Shown: positions 28,645-40,171 of the stretch, piece after piece
Position numbering within the stretch: position 1 is the stretch's first letter
Layout of the letters: each line of letters opens with the position of its first letter
Assembly (NCBI GenBank): GCA_965263295.1
Contig: OZ253665.1
Coordinates: 928,001-992,000 of the forward strand
Source: Spirochaetia bacterium
GTDB lineage: Bacteria; Spirochaetota; Spirochaetia; SP-2023
Reading direction: 5' to 3'
DNA: 64,000 nt
Position numbers and translations under genes: made by a program
The notes under the pieces: model-generated
What the model was told of the DNA's origin: nothing
Databases searched by the model: none
The model's input: the letters and a program-made list of their open reading frames with translations, nothing else

Positions 28645-30306
28645 CTAGCTGTTCACTAGCTGTTTTACTAAGGCGTTAAACTGTTCTCCACGCTCAAATT
28701 CATTCTGAAACATACCAAAAGAGGCGTAGCCCGGCGAAAGCAAGATGTATTGGCGGGCAAACTCTGCAGCCTGTGCGCGGGCCGTCGAGAAAGCCGCCGC
28801 AAAGGCTGCCTTTAAAGACTCAAAGCCACGCCCCGACGGCCCGGCGGCGTATGGCACGCCGGCCCGTTGCAACAGCGGCAACAAACTATCGGTGCCACTG
28901 CCAGCCAACAAAAACAAAGCGTAACGCCCCTGGTAACGGCCTAAAGCCGCCAACAAACCGCCAAGCTCCAAATTCTTATCCGTACCACCCGCGAGCAGCA
29001 GACAAAAACTTCCCCTAGCTTCCAGGCAGGAAGCCAGCCCCGCCGCCGCCGCGTCGGGCATCGTTGCCGTAGTATCATTGACAAACTGCAGCTCTCTGTT
29101 TGCGCCCAATGCCAGACGGCCACAGAGCTCCATGCGGAACGGCACACCGCGAAAACGGCGCAGCAGCTCGCCGCTGCGCCGGTCAAAGCTTTGCAAGCTG
29201 CAAAGACCCCGCCGCCGCAAAAAGCGATACGCCATGTAACAGGCGACACCGTAATTCTGGAAGCTGTGCTGCCCCAGCTGCAAACAGTCCTGACGACGCA
29301 GAAAAGGCCGGGCACGGCTTGAACCTTCCGCCGCTTCACGAATGAAGCAGCGATCACCCAGCCAATAGATACCCCGAAAACCTTTAGGCAGATTTGAGCC
29401 GGCAGCCATATAGTGCAAATGCCCTGAGTCGCGAATCTTCGACTCGCGCACGGCAAAATCTCCCCAGAACGAGGCCCCCAGATACATTTTGCTTGATGCT
29501 GCCGGCAAGAACAGTTCTCCATCTCCAGCCAGATTGGCGAAAATATAAAACTTGTCCATCACATAGTCCCAGAAACGGGCATAACGATTCTGGTGGTCGC
29601 GCAGAATATTGCTCAGGCAAGCCATTTGTGGGCGCAAAAAGACCCTGCCCCGGCTTTGCTCGACAGCCCGCAAGTCTCCCAATTGCCAGGATGAAAGCTC
29701 CAGCACCAATGGACTGTGCCCACTCAAGTCGATGGGGCTCTGCCCATTCAAGTCTATGGGGCTCTGCCCGCCGCCATTTGCCAAGGAACTCGCCAAGGAA
29801 CTCGCCAGGGCATAGGCCAACGGCGAACGGCCAATATTTCCCGCCAGCATGGCAGCGGGGAAGTACTGCCGCAAAATGTAGTGCAAGGCATACGAGATAC
29901 TGGACTTGCCTTTGGTTCCCGTCACAGCCAGCACCGGCACCTGTGGGTAGAGTTCCAAAAACAGGGCCAGGTCCGTCGTCCAACTGCGCGCCTTTCGCAG
30001 GCACGGCGAAGTGAGCGGCACCCCAGGGTTTTTTATGACCCAATCGGCCCGGCGGAAATCTTCATACTCGTGGCCCCCGAGGCGGAAACTGAGCCGCCCC
30101 TCAACGCCGTGCCGGCGCGCAAAGTCTTCTAGGGATTCAATGCTACTTTGCAGCTTATCTGCAGCATTTAAATCGGTGACGAGAACCTCGGCTCCCTGGG
30201 CCAGGCAGAACTGAGCACTGAGCAGGCCTCCACCATTCTGCCCCAGGCCCATAATCAGAATTTTGTTGCCAGAAAACATTGCCTGTCGTACCTCAGCCAT
30301 GCCCAT
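28645..30306 (-). CDS. murD: UDP-N-acetylmuramoyl-L-alanine--D-glutamate ligase
   Basis: Motifs IMGLGQNGGG, KNPGVP, AVTGTKGKS, LELSSWQL, DHQNRY, NDTTAT, GGTDK and LLSPGYASFGMFQNEFERG. Confidence 0.92.
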   Translation of the reverse strand: MGMAEVRQAMFSGNKILIMGLGQNGGGLLSAQFCLAQGAEVLVTDLNAADKLQSSIESLEDFARRHGVEGRLSFRLGGHEYEDFRRADWVIKNPGVPLTSPCLRKARSWTTDLALFLELYPQVPVLAVTGTKGKSSISYALHYILRQYFPAAMLAGNIGRSPLAYALASSLASSLANGGGQSPIDLNGQSPIDLSGHSPLVLELSSWQLGDLRAVEQSRGRVFLRPQMACLSNILRDHQNRYARFWDYVMDKFYIFANLAGDGELFLPAASSKMYLGASFWGDFAVRESKIRDSGHLHYMAAGSNLPKGFRGIYWLGDRCFIREAAEGSSRARPFLRRQDCLQLGQHSFQNYGVACYMAYRFLRRRGLCSLQSFDRRSGELLRRFRGVPFRMELCGRLALGANRELQFVNDTTATMPDAAAAGLASCLEARGSFCLLLAGGTDKNLELGGLLAALGRYQGRYALFLLAGSGTDSLLPLLQRAGVPYAAGPSGRGFESLKAAFAAAFSTARAQAAEFARQYILLSPGYASFGMFQNEFERGEQFNALVKQLVNS

Positions 30307-30538
30307 TCAAGTTTGGATTGGAGTTTGAATTGAAGCTTAGATTGAAGCTTGCAACAAATAAAATTTTCACGTTTATTTTCCCCCCTACCCCAAAAAGTTT
30401 CTTGCCTTCTAAATTTTGCCTGCAGAGAAAATTGTCGTTATCCCAAATGATACAAGTCCCTACAAATTTCTTCAGGAAAACGAGAGAAAAGGTGGCTGAG
30501 CCGGCTACAATAGCTGCCACTGTTTTGGATGTCTGGCT

Positions 30539-31060
30539 TTAGACCCCAAAGAACGACGACAGCAAATATGGGCCAAACACCAAGACACCCTGCAGCACGG
30601 CATGGATCGCGCTCAGCAAGACAAAGGCCGCCGCGATATCCTTGGCCATCATCGCCAGATAATTGAACTTCTTTTCGTAGAGGTCAACCATGTATTCCAG
30701 AGCCGTATTTGCGAGCTCGGCGCCCAGAACCAGATAAATGGAGAACAAAATAGTACTCCAATCGGCGCGCTGGATGCCTAGGTACTTTCCCACAATCAAG
30801 GCACAAATGGCAAAGAACAACTCGACGCGAAAGTTGCGCTGCGTGCGAAAGGCGTAGTATAAACCGCGAAAAGCCCAGCGAAAACTGGCCAAGGGACTGT
30901 GCCGGTGGCGCCGGTCAATCTCGCGAAATTCCGCTTTGCCTTCAGATTCTAGATTTTTAGCCAGATCATGGTGATATTGATATGCCTTTGAAGGCAAGCT
31001 GTCTTTCTCCTTTTGTTCATTCGTCCTTTTGTGCCGCTGCATATTTGCTTGTGCCCTCAA
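30539..31060 (-). CDS. dgkA: Diacylglycerol/undecaprenol kinase (DgkA family)
   Basis: SFRWAFRG...QRNFR, ELANTALEYMVD and AKDIAAAFVL. Confidence 0.88.
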   Translation of the reverse strand: MRAQANMQRHKRTNEQKEKDSLPSKAYQYHHDLAKNLESEGKAEFREIDRRHRHSPLASFRWAFRGLYYAFRTQRNFRVELFFAICALIVGKYLGIQRADWSTILFSIYLVLGAELANTALEYMVDLYEKKFNYLAMMAKDIAAAFVLLSAIHAVLQGVLVFGPYLLSSFFGV

Positions 31061-31062
31061 AT

Positions 31063-31995
31063 CTAACGGTCGCCGATGTCAAAACTTTTGCCCAAAGCCC
31101 GTGGGGCGCGATTCCTGCGCGAGAACAATAAAATAGAAAGCAATGTAATCCCATACGGCAGCAGATTAAAAACTTCGGACGGCAGTCGACTCAGCCATTG
31201 CCACGAAATATTGGAACCATACACCGAAAGCGTCGTAGCCGCCCCAAAGACAAAGGCTGCGGCCAAAATGCCAAAGGGCTGCCACTTGCCAAACGCCACT
31301 GTCGCCAAGGCGATAAAACCCTGGCCGTTAATGCTGGTAGAAGCGTATTGTGTCGTCGTCGTCAAAATCAGATACGCCCCGCCCAAACTGGCCATGCCCC
31401 CCGAACACAACACGGCAAAATAACGCAGCTGACGGACGTTGAGCCCGGCTGTGGCCGCCGCCTTAGGGTTTTCCCCACAGGATGAAATCCGCAGGCCCAG
31501 TCGCGTAAAGCGAAACAAGAACCAGAAGAGCAGCACGGCCACTAGGCCCACGTAAGTAGAAGGATAAAACTCACCCCAATGAACCATACCCAAGGGGAAA
31601 GTCGGCGTGCGATCACTTTGGAAAATAATATGTGAGAGGTAAATAGTCAAGCCCAGAGCCAGAAAGTTCATACCGATTCCAACCACCGTCTGGTTGCCAT
31701 TAAATGACACACAAATCACGGCCAGCAGCAGTGAAAACAGAGTGCCAGCAACGATGGCCACAACGCTAATGAACACCCAGCTGCCCGCTTGCTCGCCCAA
31801 AAATGGCAGCGGGACCTTAGCAGTTAATAAAAGATACTGTAAAGTGCCGGCGGCAAAACCGCCAATGCCCATAATACCTTCCAGGGCAATATTAACTACC
31901 CCAGAACGTTCACAGATCATTCCCCCCAGGGCAGCCAGCAAAATAGGTACGGTGATGTACGAAGCCGTACTAATAAAAGCCAAAAACTCAGACAT
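31063..31995 (-). CDS. Nucleoside/sugar ABC transporter permease
   Basis: ERSGVVNIALEG, GENPKAAATAG and GQGFIALA..FGKW. ATG 31995 overlaps the upstream gene's stop. Confidence 0.9.
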   Translation of the reverse strand: MSEFLAFISTASYITVPILLAALGGMICERSGVVNIALEGIMGIGGFAAGTLQYLLLTAKVPLPFLGEQAGSWVFISVVAIVAGTLFSLLLAVICVSFNGNQTVVGIGMNFLALGLTIYLSHIIFQSDRTPTFPLGMVHWGEFYPSTYVGLVAVLLFWFLFRFTRLGLRISSCGENPKAAATAGLNVRQLRYFAVLCSGGMASLGGAYLILTTTTQYASTSINGQGFIALATVAFGKWQPFGILAAAFVFGAATTLSVYGSNISWQWLSRLPSEVFNLLPYGITLLSILLFSRRNRAPRALGKSFDIGDR

Positions 31996-33262
31996 GGGAT
32001 ACATCACACGGACAATTACGAGGAACATCTTCGGAGACGTTTTCGGACTCAGGCGGCAATGAAAGAAAATCGGCGTCGGCATTTGGCAACTTCCCATTTT
32101 CATCGTGCAGTTGTTGTTTCAGTTGCTGCCGGTGACGTGCCAACAAAAATTGAATGCCAGACTGAAAAGCGACCAAAATGACTACCAGACCAATCATGAT
32201 CTGCACTATCTCTGCAGGAATGCCTTTCTGTTGCATGGCACCCTGGGCAGACTGCAAGGCACCCAAAAGTAGTCCGGCATACACTGTCGCCATCGTCGCG
32301 CCCTGGCCGAGCAGAGCCACTGTGATACCCGTAAAACCATAATTATCCATTGAGCCCAACAGACGACCGTATTTGAAACTACCCAAAGCGATAATCGCTC
32401 CGGCCAGACCGGCAAAAGCCCCAGAAATAAACATTGAGGCCGTCATATTGCGGTAAATTGGAATACCCGCATACCGCGCACCATCCTGATTGTGGCCAGC
32501 AATGCGCAATGTCAAGCCCAGGCTCGTCTTTTCCAAGACAATATAATACAAAATAACCGCCAAAATAGCCCAAAACAAGCCGTAACCTAAGTCCGATCGA
32601 TTAGTTAAATCCCTCAACCAAGGAGCTTCCAGCAAAGCGGTCTGGGGAAAATCCGGCGTGCGGTAAGTATTTGTACCCGGTATCAGGCGCACAAAAATAC
32701 GCGACAAAAACAGGGCGATATAGTTCATCATGATGGTACCCACCACTTCAGAAATCTGAAAGCAGGCCTTAAATAGACCGACCAGTCCGCCCCATATTCC
32801 CCCGGCCACAGCTGCCAGCAGGACACAAAAGACGCTATGCAACAACGGCAGTGGCGGCAGGAGAAAAGCGGCCAGAGTGGCCGTCATCACGCCAATAGTA
32901 TATTGCCCTTCAGCGCCTATATTCCACAATCCGGTCTTCAAGGCAAAGGCCATGGACAGGCCCGTAAGGATCAACGGAACAGAAACCGTGAGCCACTCGC
33001 CAATAAGGCGCGAGTTAAAAAACCGACTGCCGCCAATACGAGTCAAATCAAGGCCCAGGACGCTGCGAATAATGCTACTATACATGTAAAGCGGGTTATA
33101 ACCGGAAAGCAACAAAAAAACAGTGGCAACCAAGAAGGCCGCGACAATAATGCCCAGCGTCAGAAATGCCGGGCGACTCAATATTATGTCAATCAGGAAC
33201 AAGCGCCGCGAACGGCTCAGACAGGCATTCCAATCCAAGTGTCGGCCCTTTTGCTTTATCAC
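31988..33262 (-). CDS. Nucleoside/sugar ABC transporter permease
   Basis: PLILTGL, NIGAEGQ, SEVVGTIMMNY, ARYAGI and GFTGITVALLG. Confidence 0.9.
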   Translation of the reverse strand: MIKQKGRHLDWNACLSRSRRLFLIDIILSRPAFLTLGIIVAAFLVATVFLLLSGYNPLYMYSSIIRSVLGLDLTRIGGSRFFNSRLIGEWLTVSVPLILTGLSMAFALKTGLWNIGAEGQYTIGVMTATLAAFLLPPLPLLHSVFCVLLAAVAGGIWGGLVGLFKACFQISEVVGTIMMNYIALFLSRIFVRLIPGTNTYRTPDFPQTALLEAPWLRDLTNRSDLGYGLFWAILAVILYYIVLEKTSLGLTLRIAGHNQDGARYAGIPIYRNMTASMFISGAFAGLAGAIIALGSFKYGRLLGSMDNYGFTGITVALLGQGATMATVYAGLLLGALQSAQGAMQQKGIPAEIVQIMIGLVVILVAFQSGIQFLLARHRQQLKQQLHDENGKLPNADADFLSLPPESENVSEDVPRNCPCDVSHV

Positions 33263-33312
33263 AGTAATTACCCTTCCACTCGATTTGCCTGATGGGGAAC
33301 CTTTAAAAAAGC

Positions 33313-34866
33313 CTAGAGGCTCTCGCCCGCCATCAAATGGCCAATCTGTAGCTCATCCACATCACTAGCCAGGATATTCCCCATAATGTAACCATTCGAG
33401 ATTACGACAATGCGATCGGCTAGACTGATAATTTCATCCAGTTCAAAGGATACCAACAAAATTGCCGAGTTTGGCCGCACTTTAAAAATCTGCTCGTATA
33501 TATAGGCAATTGCCCGGACATCCAAACCCCGCGTGGGTTGTTCAATCAACATTATACAAGGGTCACTACTGATTTCGCGGGCCAAAATAACCTTTTGCTG
33601 ATTGCCTCCCGACATCTGCCGCAATTGAGTTTCCACCCCTAGCGAACAGCGAATATCGTAGGCCGCGATCAAGTCCCTGGCCCGCGCCCTAAAAGCCTCT
33701 GGCCGCAGCCAGCCGCACTTACTGTAAGGTGGGCGTTGAAAATCCCTCAATGTGACATTGATACCTATATTCTCCTCAAGAATGAGGCCATAACGCTGAC
33801 GGTCCGCAGGAATATAGGCCAGACCCATGTCAATGCGTTCTCGAATGCTCGTGTGCGAGACGTCGCGGCTGCGTATTACGATGCGGCCGGCTTGCACGGA
33901 ACGCAAGCCCGCCAAGGCCTGAACCAGTTCCATTTGACCATTGCCATCAACGCCCGCCAGGCCCAGTATTTCTCCTTGGCGCAGCTCAAAGCTGACATCC
34001 TTGACCGCCAAGGCCCGATTCCTGCCACAGACAGAAAGGTTTTCGCATGAAAGTAGGACCGGCCCCTGCCGTACCGAAGCCGGCGCTTGCTCGCGCAAGT
34101 CGGAAAAATCCAAATTGATACTGCGCCCGACCATCATCTGTGTCAGCTGCGCATTAGTGCTTTCAGCCACCGCAACAGTTCCGACCACTTTGCCCAAGCG
34201 CAAAACCGTGCAACGATCCGCCACCTGACGAATTTCCTTCAGCTTATGGGTGATCAGGATAATGGTTGCGCCTTCTTGGCGCAGCGTCTGCAGGATGCCC
34301 ATTAATTCCTGAATTTCTTGCGGCATCAATACGGCCGTAGGTTCATCGAAAATCAGGATATCATTTTTGCGATAGAGCATTTTTAAGATTTCGACCTTCT
34401 GCTGCTGTCCGACGGTTAGCTGCCGGACTAAATGTCGGGGATTAAGCCCTAGGCCGTAGCGCTCACAAAGCTGCTCAATCTCCTGGACAACTTGCCGGCG
34501 CCGCAAAATACCGCGCCACTGCTTTTCCACACCCAGCATAATATTGTCGGCAACAGAGAATGTTTCGACCAATTGAAAGTGTTGATGTACCATGCCGATT
34601 TTATAACGGTTGGCATCGCTAGGCCCACTGATCAGGCAAGCTTGCCCCCTGACGAATATCTTGCCGGAGTCCGGAGTATAAAGTCCAAAAATCAATGACA
34701 TCAAAGTCGACTTGCCCGCCCCGTTCTCGCCCAGCAAGGCATGGATTTCGTTTTGCCGCACCTGCAACGAAACCCTGTCATTAGCCACAATACCGGGGAA
34801 AGATTTGGTCAACTCTTTAACTTCAATGACAAAAGGCGGATCGGCCGCAGATGAGTTCAATGCCAT
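33313..34866 (-). CDS. Nucleoside/sugar ABC transporter ATP-binding protein (two nucleotide-binding domains)
   Basis: GENGAGKSTL, GMVHQHF, DEPT, SGGNQQK and QPTRGLD. Confidence 0.92.
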   Translation of the reverse strand: MALNSSAADPPFVIEVKELTKSFPGIVANDRVSLQVRQNEIHALLGENGAGKSTLMSLIFGLYTPDSGKIFVRGQACLISGPSDANRYKIGMVHQHFQLVETFSVADNIMLGVEKQWRGILRRRQVVQEIEQLCERYGLGLNPRHLVRQLTVGQQQKVEILKMLYRKNDILIFDEPTAVLMPQEIQELMGILQTLRQEGATIILITHKLKEIRQVADRCTVLRLGKVVGTVAVAESTNAQLTQMMVGRSINLDFSDLREQAPASVRQGPVLLSCENLSVCGRNRALAVKDVSFELRQGEILGLAGVDGNGQMELVQALAGLRSVQAGRIVIRSRDVSHTSIRERIDMGLAYIPADRQRYGLILEENIGINVTLRDFQRPPYSKCGWLRPEAFRARARDLIAAYDIRCSLGVETQLRQMSGGNQQKVILAREISSDPCIMLIEQPTRGLDVRAIAYIYEQIFKVRPNSAILLVSFELDEIISLADRIVVISNGYIMGNILASDVDELQIGHLMAGESL

Positions 34867-35100
34867 TCAGCACTCCAGTGGCCAAGTTTATTCTGAAAAC
34901 GGCCATTTGTCCAGCAAAAATCTTCTATCTGGCACCTGTGCCGAAGGAAAATGCAAGGAAAATGCAAGGAAAATTATAAGCGCTTAGGCCCGGCGTAACC
35001 ACGAGGCCACAGAAATCTAAGTTCAAGTTCCAGGCCTCCAGCCTGTGTGGCCAAATTAGAAACCACTTCAAGGTCGTCTTTAAAGGCGACCTGCCCCAGC

Positions 35101-36744
35101 TTACTCTGGCTCAAAGCTTCGTTCCACCAGCTGGCGAATGCTCTGAGGCCCACGATACAGACAAGCCTCCTGCAACCCAGCCAGGCTGAGCTGCCAGCGC
35201 TGGCAAAGCGCTTGCAAATATTGGCGCAAAGCTCGCTCTAGGCACTCGGCTTCGCGCTCAACGCGAAAACTCTGCCAAGCCTCCCGTTTCTTGCGCTGAA
35301 TCCTGTTCAACTTTTTCCGGCGGATTAGCATTCCAGATGCCTCATCTTCGACAATCTCGCTCCGTTGCGGCGGCAATTCCAGCGCCTTCACTTCTACATT
35401 CAGCCCATCTCTCAGGCCCCCACAGGCTTGATACAAGCGATGTTGCCAAAAGTCCGACTCCGCGGCTAAACTCTGCAGCCCTCCGCGCTCTGGTGCCTCT
35501 TGCAGTTGCAGCACAGCGATTTGCAGAGGTGAAGTGAAACTCCTGTCTTGTCGCTTTAGCTTTAAATATTGCAAAAATTGTAGCAATGGGCTTAGACCCG
35601 CACTCTTGCCAATGTATAATAAATAGCCAGTTTGAAAGATATTGTCAAAAAATTCTGGCTGGACATCATAATAAGGGCCCCACACCCGCACCGCAGCGCG
35701 AAACGCGCTAGCAGGGAGATATTGCAGGAATCCCTGCATTTCCAGAAGCAGTTCCAGCTCAATAGTTCTTTTTGTGGTTTTGTTCACGATGTTTGTTTGA
35801 GCACTTTCCTGCCAAGCTTCACTTAGCTCCGTCCAGCTCAGCAAACTTAAAGAATGTTCATTTTTCTGCCAACGCTGCAGATTCTGCGCCGCAGGTGCCA
35901 GAAAGCGCAAAATAACAAAGGCCATCGGCAGGTTCCGCGGATTCAGGCTAGGCTTCAGGCCGGATTTTAAACCAGATTTTAGACTCAATTTTAAGCCATG
36001 GGCAAAATTATTATGGCGCAATTCAGCCAATTCTAGGCGCAAACGCCAAAGGTAAAGTCGGGGAGACAATTTTTCCAGCTGCACCGGTTTTGCAACAATG
36101 CCAGACTTTTGGCGCAAATACCTAACATTACTCCAGTAAACATAAACCAGCAAACCCACTAGGCCGGCCCATAAAATCCTATGCAGATATATGCGCCAAA
36201 TCAGCCAATCATTTTCCAGCTCTAAAAACCAACAGAGCGCCGCCGACAGCAAGCCCAGATAGCCCAGTTCACAGAGCCACAAAACTTTGTCCGGCCAGTT
36301 GGGCCAACGCCGCCCAAAATCAGCCGGGCCGGCATCCCGGCTACTAAAGGCAATGCCGTTAAAATGCTGCAAGCGGGTAGCGGCCAGGGCAATGGCGGAG
36401 CAAAGCAACCAAAATCCCAGCAAGGCCAGCCACAAATAATGTTGCCGCGCGAACGTCGCCCAAACAGGACTCTGCCGCGCGTACGGCAGCAAGACGAGCA
36501 GCGGCAAAGCGCTCAAGGCCGCACCTCCGCCGTGTAGTTGAATGCGTCGTATAAAAGTATAGTGCCGCAAACGTTGAAGAATTGTGCGCTGCATCATTCT
36601 GTCCAATCGCTCATCACATTGAGGGCGCAACAACAGCATGCTCTGACGCAGTAATAACAGGAAATGCAGAATAAGTAAAACGGTGATCATAGCGACATTC
36701 ATTCCAATTAAACTGACCTGATTTATTACTGGGGCCACAGCCAT
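35101..36744 (-). CDS. Hypothetical membrane protein
   Basis: 547-aa ORF with several N-terminal transmembrane segments; no family recognised. Confidence 0.6.
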   Translation of the reverse strand: MAVAPVINQVSLIGMNVAMITVLLILHFLLLLRQSMLLLRPQCDERLDRMMQRTILQRLRHYTFIRRIQLHGGGAALSALPLLVLLPYARQSPVWATFARQHYLWLALLGFWLLCSAIALAATRLQHFNGIAFSSRDAGPADFGRRWPNWPDKVLWLCELGYLGLLSAALCWFLELENDWLIWRIYLHRILWAGLVGLLVYVYWSNVRYLRQKSGIVAKPVQLEKLSPRLYLWRLRLELAELRHNNFAHGLKLSLKSGLKSGLKPSLNPRNLPMAFVILRFLAPAAQNLQRWQKNEHSLSLLSWTELSEAWQESAQTNIVNKTTKRTIELELLLEMQGFLQYLPASAFRAAVRVWGPYYDVQPEFFDNIFQTGYLLYIGKSAGLSPLLQFLQYLKLKRQDRSFTSPLQIAVLQLQEAPERGGLQSLAAESDFWQHRLYQACGGLRDGLNVEVKALELPPQRSEIVEDEASGMLIRRKKLNRIQRKKREAWQSFRVEREAECLERALRQYLQALCQRWQLSLAGLQEACLYRGPQSIRQLVERSFEPE

Positions 36745-36855
36745 AGCGAGCCATAACCAACCATAATTATGACAACGTTAAAGGGCCCGGCAAGACCTCG
36801 GCTTTTTTCTCTCTATAACCGACTCTAAATAAGAGGGGCAATCCCGCAACACAGC

Positions 36856-38718
36856 TCAGTCTTTTGGGACGTCACGGATTGCGCCCTCATCCGCGCTGGT
36901 GGCAAAGTGGGCATACATGCGCAATGCCATCGAAACCTCGCGCTGGCGCTGCGGCCGAAAAGCCGCAGGCCCCCTAGCCTCTTCTCGCCGGCGGCGAGCC
37001 GCCAACTCAGCATCAGAACAAAGCACATTAATACTGCGACACGGAATATCAATTTCAATCTCATCGCCGTCACGCAGCAAAGCAATGGCGCCGCCAGCGG
37101 CGGCTTCAGGAGAGATGTGCCCCAGCGAAAGTCCAGAAGTGCCACCAGAAAAACGACCGTCTGTCAACAAGGCACATTCTTTATCAATACCGACAGACTT
37201 CAGATAAGAAGTCGGGTAAAGCATTTCCTGCATGCCAGGGCCGCCCTTGGGCCCTTCATAGCGAATTACAATCACCTCACCTTTTTTTACCTGGCCACTC
37301 AAAATACCATCACAAGCGGCATCCTGCGAATCAAAACAGCGCACCGTACCGCGAAACTTCCAGATTTCCTTGGTCACGCCGGCGGTCTTGACGATGCAAC
37401 CCCGCTCAGCGATGTTGCCAAACAGCACCGCCAGGCCACCTTCGTCGCTGTATGCTCCCGCGCCACCGCGGATACAGCCGCGTTGCCGGTCGAGGTCCAA
37501 CTCCTTATAAAAGGCACTTTGACTGCCCATTTTCAGGTTGACATAGCCCCCCGGCGCGGCCTTGTAGAACTGCCGAATTTCCTCTGCGAGATTGGGTGCG
37601 GCAATATCATAGTGGTCAATCACTTTAAAAATTGGCCGGCCCAAGACATGATAACAGCCATCCTTAAGTAACTCTAAACGCTTGAGCTCTGCCAAAATAG
37701 CCATGACACCGCCGGCGCGGTGGACATCTTCCATGTGGTACTGCGAACTGGGAGCGACTTTGCACAAGGTCGGCACTCGACGCGAAAGGGCATCCATATC
37801 TTTCATCGTAAAGTTTACCCCTGCAGTTCTGGCAATGGCCAAAAGATGCAATACCGTATTCGTCGAACCGCCCATGGCAATGTCACAGGCCATGGCGTTG
37901 TGAAACGCATCATAACTGGCAATCGCGCGCGGCAGGATTTTATCATTGCCGCCCTCGTAGTAGTCACGAGCCATTTCGACAATGCGTTTGGCCGCGCGTT
38001 CAAACAGACGCAGGCGCTCACTGTGGGTGGCCAGCACGCTGCCGTTACCCGGCAGGGCCAAGCCCAGGGCTTCCGCCAGACAGTTCATCGAATTCGCCGT
38101 GAACATTCCCGAACAAGACCCACAGGTCGGACAGGCCGAACGTTCAACTGCGGCCAAGTCCTCGTCTGAAATCTTAAAGTTGGCTCCATAAACCATGGCA
38201 TCGACCAGATCCAATTTCTGAATGCCACCTTCCAGCTCCTCATTCTGAATCTTTCCAGCTTCCATTGGGCCACCGGAGACAAAAATAGTTGGAATATTGA
38301 GGCGCATTGTGGCAATCAGCATCCCCGGTGTAATTTTGTCGCAGTTGCTGATACAAATCAGGGCATCGAGACAGTGGGCATTGGCCATATATTCCACCGA
38401 GTCCGCAATTAACTCGCGCGAGGGCAAGGAATACAACATGCCGTCATGTCCCATTGCTATGCCATCATCAATGGCGATGGTATTGAACTCAGCGGCAAAG
38501 CAACCTTCCGCTTCAATCAATCCTTTAACCATCTGGCCTATCTCGTGCAAATGGGCATGCCCCGGAACGAGTTGGGTAAAAGAATTAACCACGCCAATTA
38601 CCGGCTGGCCCATTTGCTCCTCGCGCATGCCATTGGCGCGCCAGAGAGAGCGCGCACCAGCCATCAGGCGCCCTTGGGTACTGCGACTGCTGCGTAAATT
38701 ATATTGCTTCATACTCAT
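36856..38718 (-). CDS. ilvD: Dihydroxy-acid dehydratase
   Basis: Motifs [53 protein letters not shown] and TDGRFSG. Confidence 0.97.
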   Translation of the reverse strand: MSMKQYNLRSSRSTQGRLMAGARSLWRANGMREEQMGQPVIGVVNSFTQLVPGHAHLHEIGQMVKGLIEAEGCFAAEFNTIAIDDGIAMGHDGMLYSLPSRELIADSVEYMANAHCLDALICISNCDKITPGMLIATMRLNIPTIFVSGGPMEAGKIQNEELEGGIQKLDLVDAMVYGANFKISDEDLAAVERSACPTCGSCSGMFTANSMNCLAEALGLALPGNGSVLATHSERLRLFERAAKRIVEMARDYYEGGNDKILPRAIASYDAFHNAMACDIAMGGSTNTVLHLLAIARTAGVNFTMKDMDALSRRVPTLCKVAPSSQYHMEDVHRAGGVMAILAELKRLELLKDGCYHVLGRPIFKVIDHYDIAAPNLAEEIRQFYKAAPGGYVNLKMGSQSAFYKELDLDRQRGCIRGGAGAYSDEGGLAVLFGNIAERGCIVKTAGVTKEIWKFRGTVRCFDSQDAACDGILSGQVKKGEVIVIRYEGPKGGPGMQEMLYPTSYLKSVGIDKECALLTDGRFSGGTSGLSLGHISPEAAAGGAIALLRDGDEIEIDIPCRSINVLCSDAELAARRRREEARGPAAFRPQRQREVSMALRMYAHFATSADEGAIRDVPKD

Positions 38719-38795
38719 ATCATTAGCCCATTTTTCTACATCAAGTCTGGAACTTAATCAAGCATTCTATCAGCCTCAAGCATTGCAGAAAAGTC

Positions 38796-40070
38796 TCAAA
38801 TAGCGTGAAATAGATACTTGAGCAAATCCGCCAGTAGTCTCAAAGGCACTTCGCGATGGACATTGCCCAACTGAATGGCCACCTTGGGCATGCCGAAAAC
38901 GTTGCAAGACAACTCATCTTGCGCCAAAGCAATCCCTCCGCCATCTTTGATGCGACCAATTTCTGCGGCACCATCTTCACCCATACCGGTCATAATGACA
39001 GCCACTGTCGAAGCCGACAGGCTACTTCTGGCAATACTCTCAAACAAGAAACCAACCGATGGGACATGCCCATTCAAACGGGGAGATGATTCATCTAACA
39101 TCAACGTAATATTAGAGTTAGCTCCGAATGGTTCCACTCCCAAATGCACCTTGTCCGGGGCAATATAGATCGTTCCCGGCTTACACCGAATGCCATTTTG
39201 TGCAAACTCCACATTCATGCGGGAATAATGCTTCACAATATCCGAAAAACATGAGATAAAATTCGCACTGATATGCTGCACCAGTAAAATCGGGGCAGGG
39301 AAATCTGCTGGCAAATCCTTAAGTAATATTTTCAGCGTCTCTGGCCCTCCCGTAGAGATACCAATAGCCAGCAAATTAGGATGTCGAATCCTAGGTAGCG
39401 GCGGCCACGGCTCAGCTCCAGTTAGTAATTCCGCAAGGCTGCCAGCTCGCCAACGTTGAGATTGCAAGAATTTTTGCTTTACGCTCGTCGGTTGGGGCGG
39501 CAAGTTGGACTTAGCGTTATCTTTAAAGAAATTTCTACCGGTTTCTTTCTGTCCTTCAATATAGCTAGGTGACTGACTAAAAAAATAAGCGCTTGAATAC
39601 AGTCGAAACGTCTTGTCCACATGAGAGCCACAGCAATTTTCCACTCCTCGAAGACGGCGATAAAGATTGCCCGTATAAATTATACTCTGGCGCAGGTGAT
39701 TGTCCATTTCCAAGCACTCCGCGGCACTATCGCATCTAAATCGCGGAATAGCCATAAAAACGCCCGGCGGCAACTTAGGGTCTTGCGGCGGTATGTATTC
39801 TTTCAAATCCTCGTCAATCAAAACCAAAGGTATGTGATCACAGGTTTTATGAATATGCAGATGCAAGGGGGAATCGTAGCTGCAAATAAAAGACTTATCT
39901 AATACGGCCACCTCGACACCGTTATCCGGACTCAACATATCGAGGATCAATTTAGGCTCTGAAGTAATCGCAACAAAATCAATGCATGCTTCTCTTTGCT
40001 TAATCTCATTAATCACCCGAAAATCTATACCGGGCTTATGATGGATGAGCAAAGTTCTGATTGGCGACAT
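38796..40070 (-). CDS. cheB: Chemotaxis methylesterase CheB with an atypical N-terminal region
   Basis: GISTGGP, VQH, PSVG.LF, MTGMGEDG and FGMPK. ATG 40070 preferred; the ORF is open to TTG 40148. Confidence 0.88.
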   Translation of the reverse strand: MSPIRTLLIHHKPGIDFRVINEIKQREACIDFVAITSEPKLILDMLSPDNGVEVAVLDKSFICSYDSPLHLHIHKTCDHIPLVLIDEDLKEYIPPQDPKLPPGVFMAIPRFRCDSAAECLEMDNHLRQSIIYTGNLYRRLRGVENCCGSHVDKTFRLYSSAYFFSQSPSYIEGQKETGRNFFKDNAKSNLPPQPTSVKQKFLQSQRWRAGSLAELLTGAEPWPPLPRIRHPNLLAIGISTGGPETLKILLKDLPADFPAPILLVQHISANFISCFSDIVKHYSRMNVEFAQNGIRCKPGTIYIAPDKVHLGVEPFGANSNITLMLDESSPRLNGHVPSVGFLFESIARSSLSASTVAVIMTGMGEDGAAEIGRIKDGGGIALAQDELSCNVFGMPKVAIQLGNVHREVPLRLLADLLKYLFHAI

Positions 40071-40081
40071 AATAAATCCTA

Positions 40082-40092
40082 CCCCCCCCCCC
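40082..40092 (-). repeat. G11 homopolymer immediately upstream of the cheB ATG
   Basis: Eleven consecutive C on the + strand. Confidence 0.9.
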
Positions 40093-40171
40093 GATTGATT
40101 GAATAGTTTGAGATTTGAAATTTCTTTTTTAACTTTATTTAAGGCCAAAATTCTCGCGCTACAAAAAGTAA

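Noticed and set aside
36825..38803. Long antisense and alternative-frame ORFs over ilvD (likewise over murD, the M18 peptidase and mutL)
   Set aside because: They are shadow ORFs of well-conserved genes and show no recognisable motifs.
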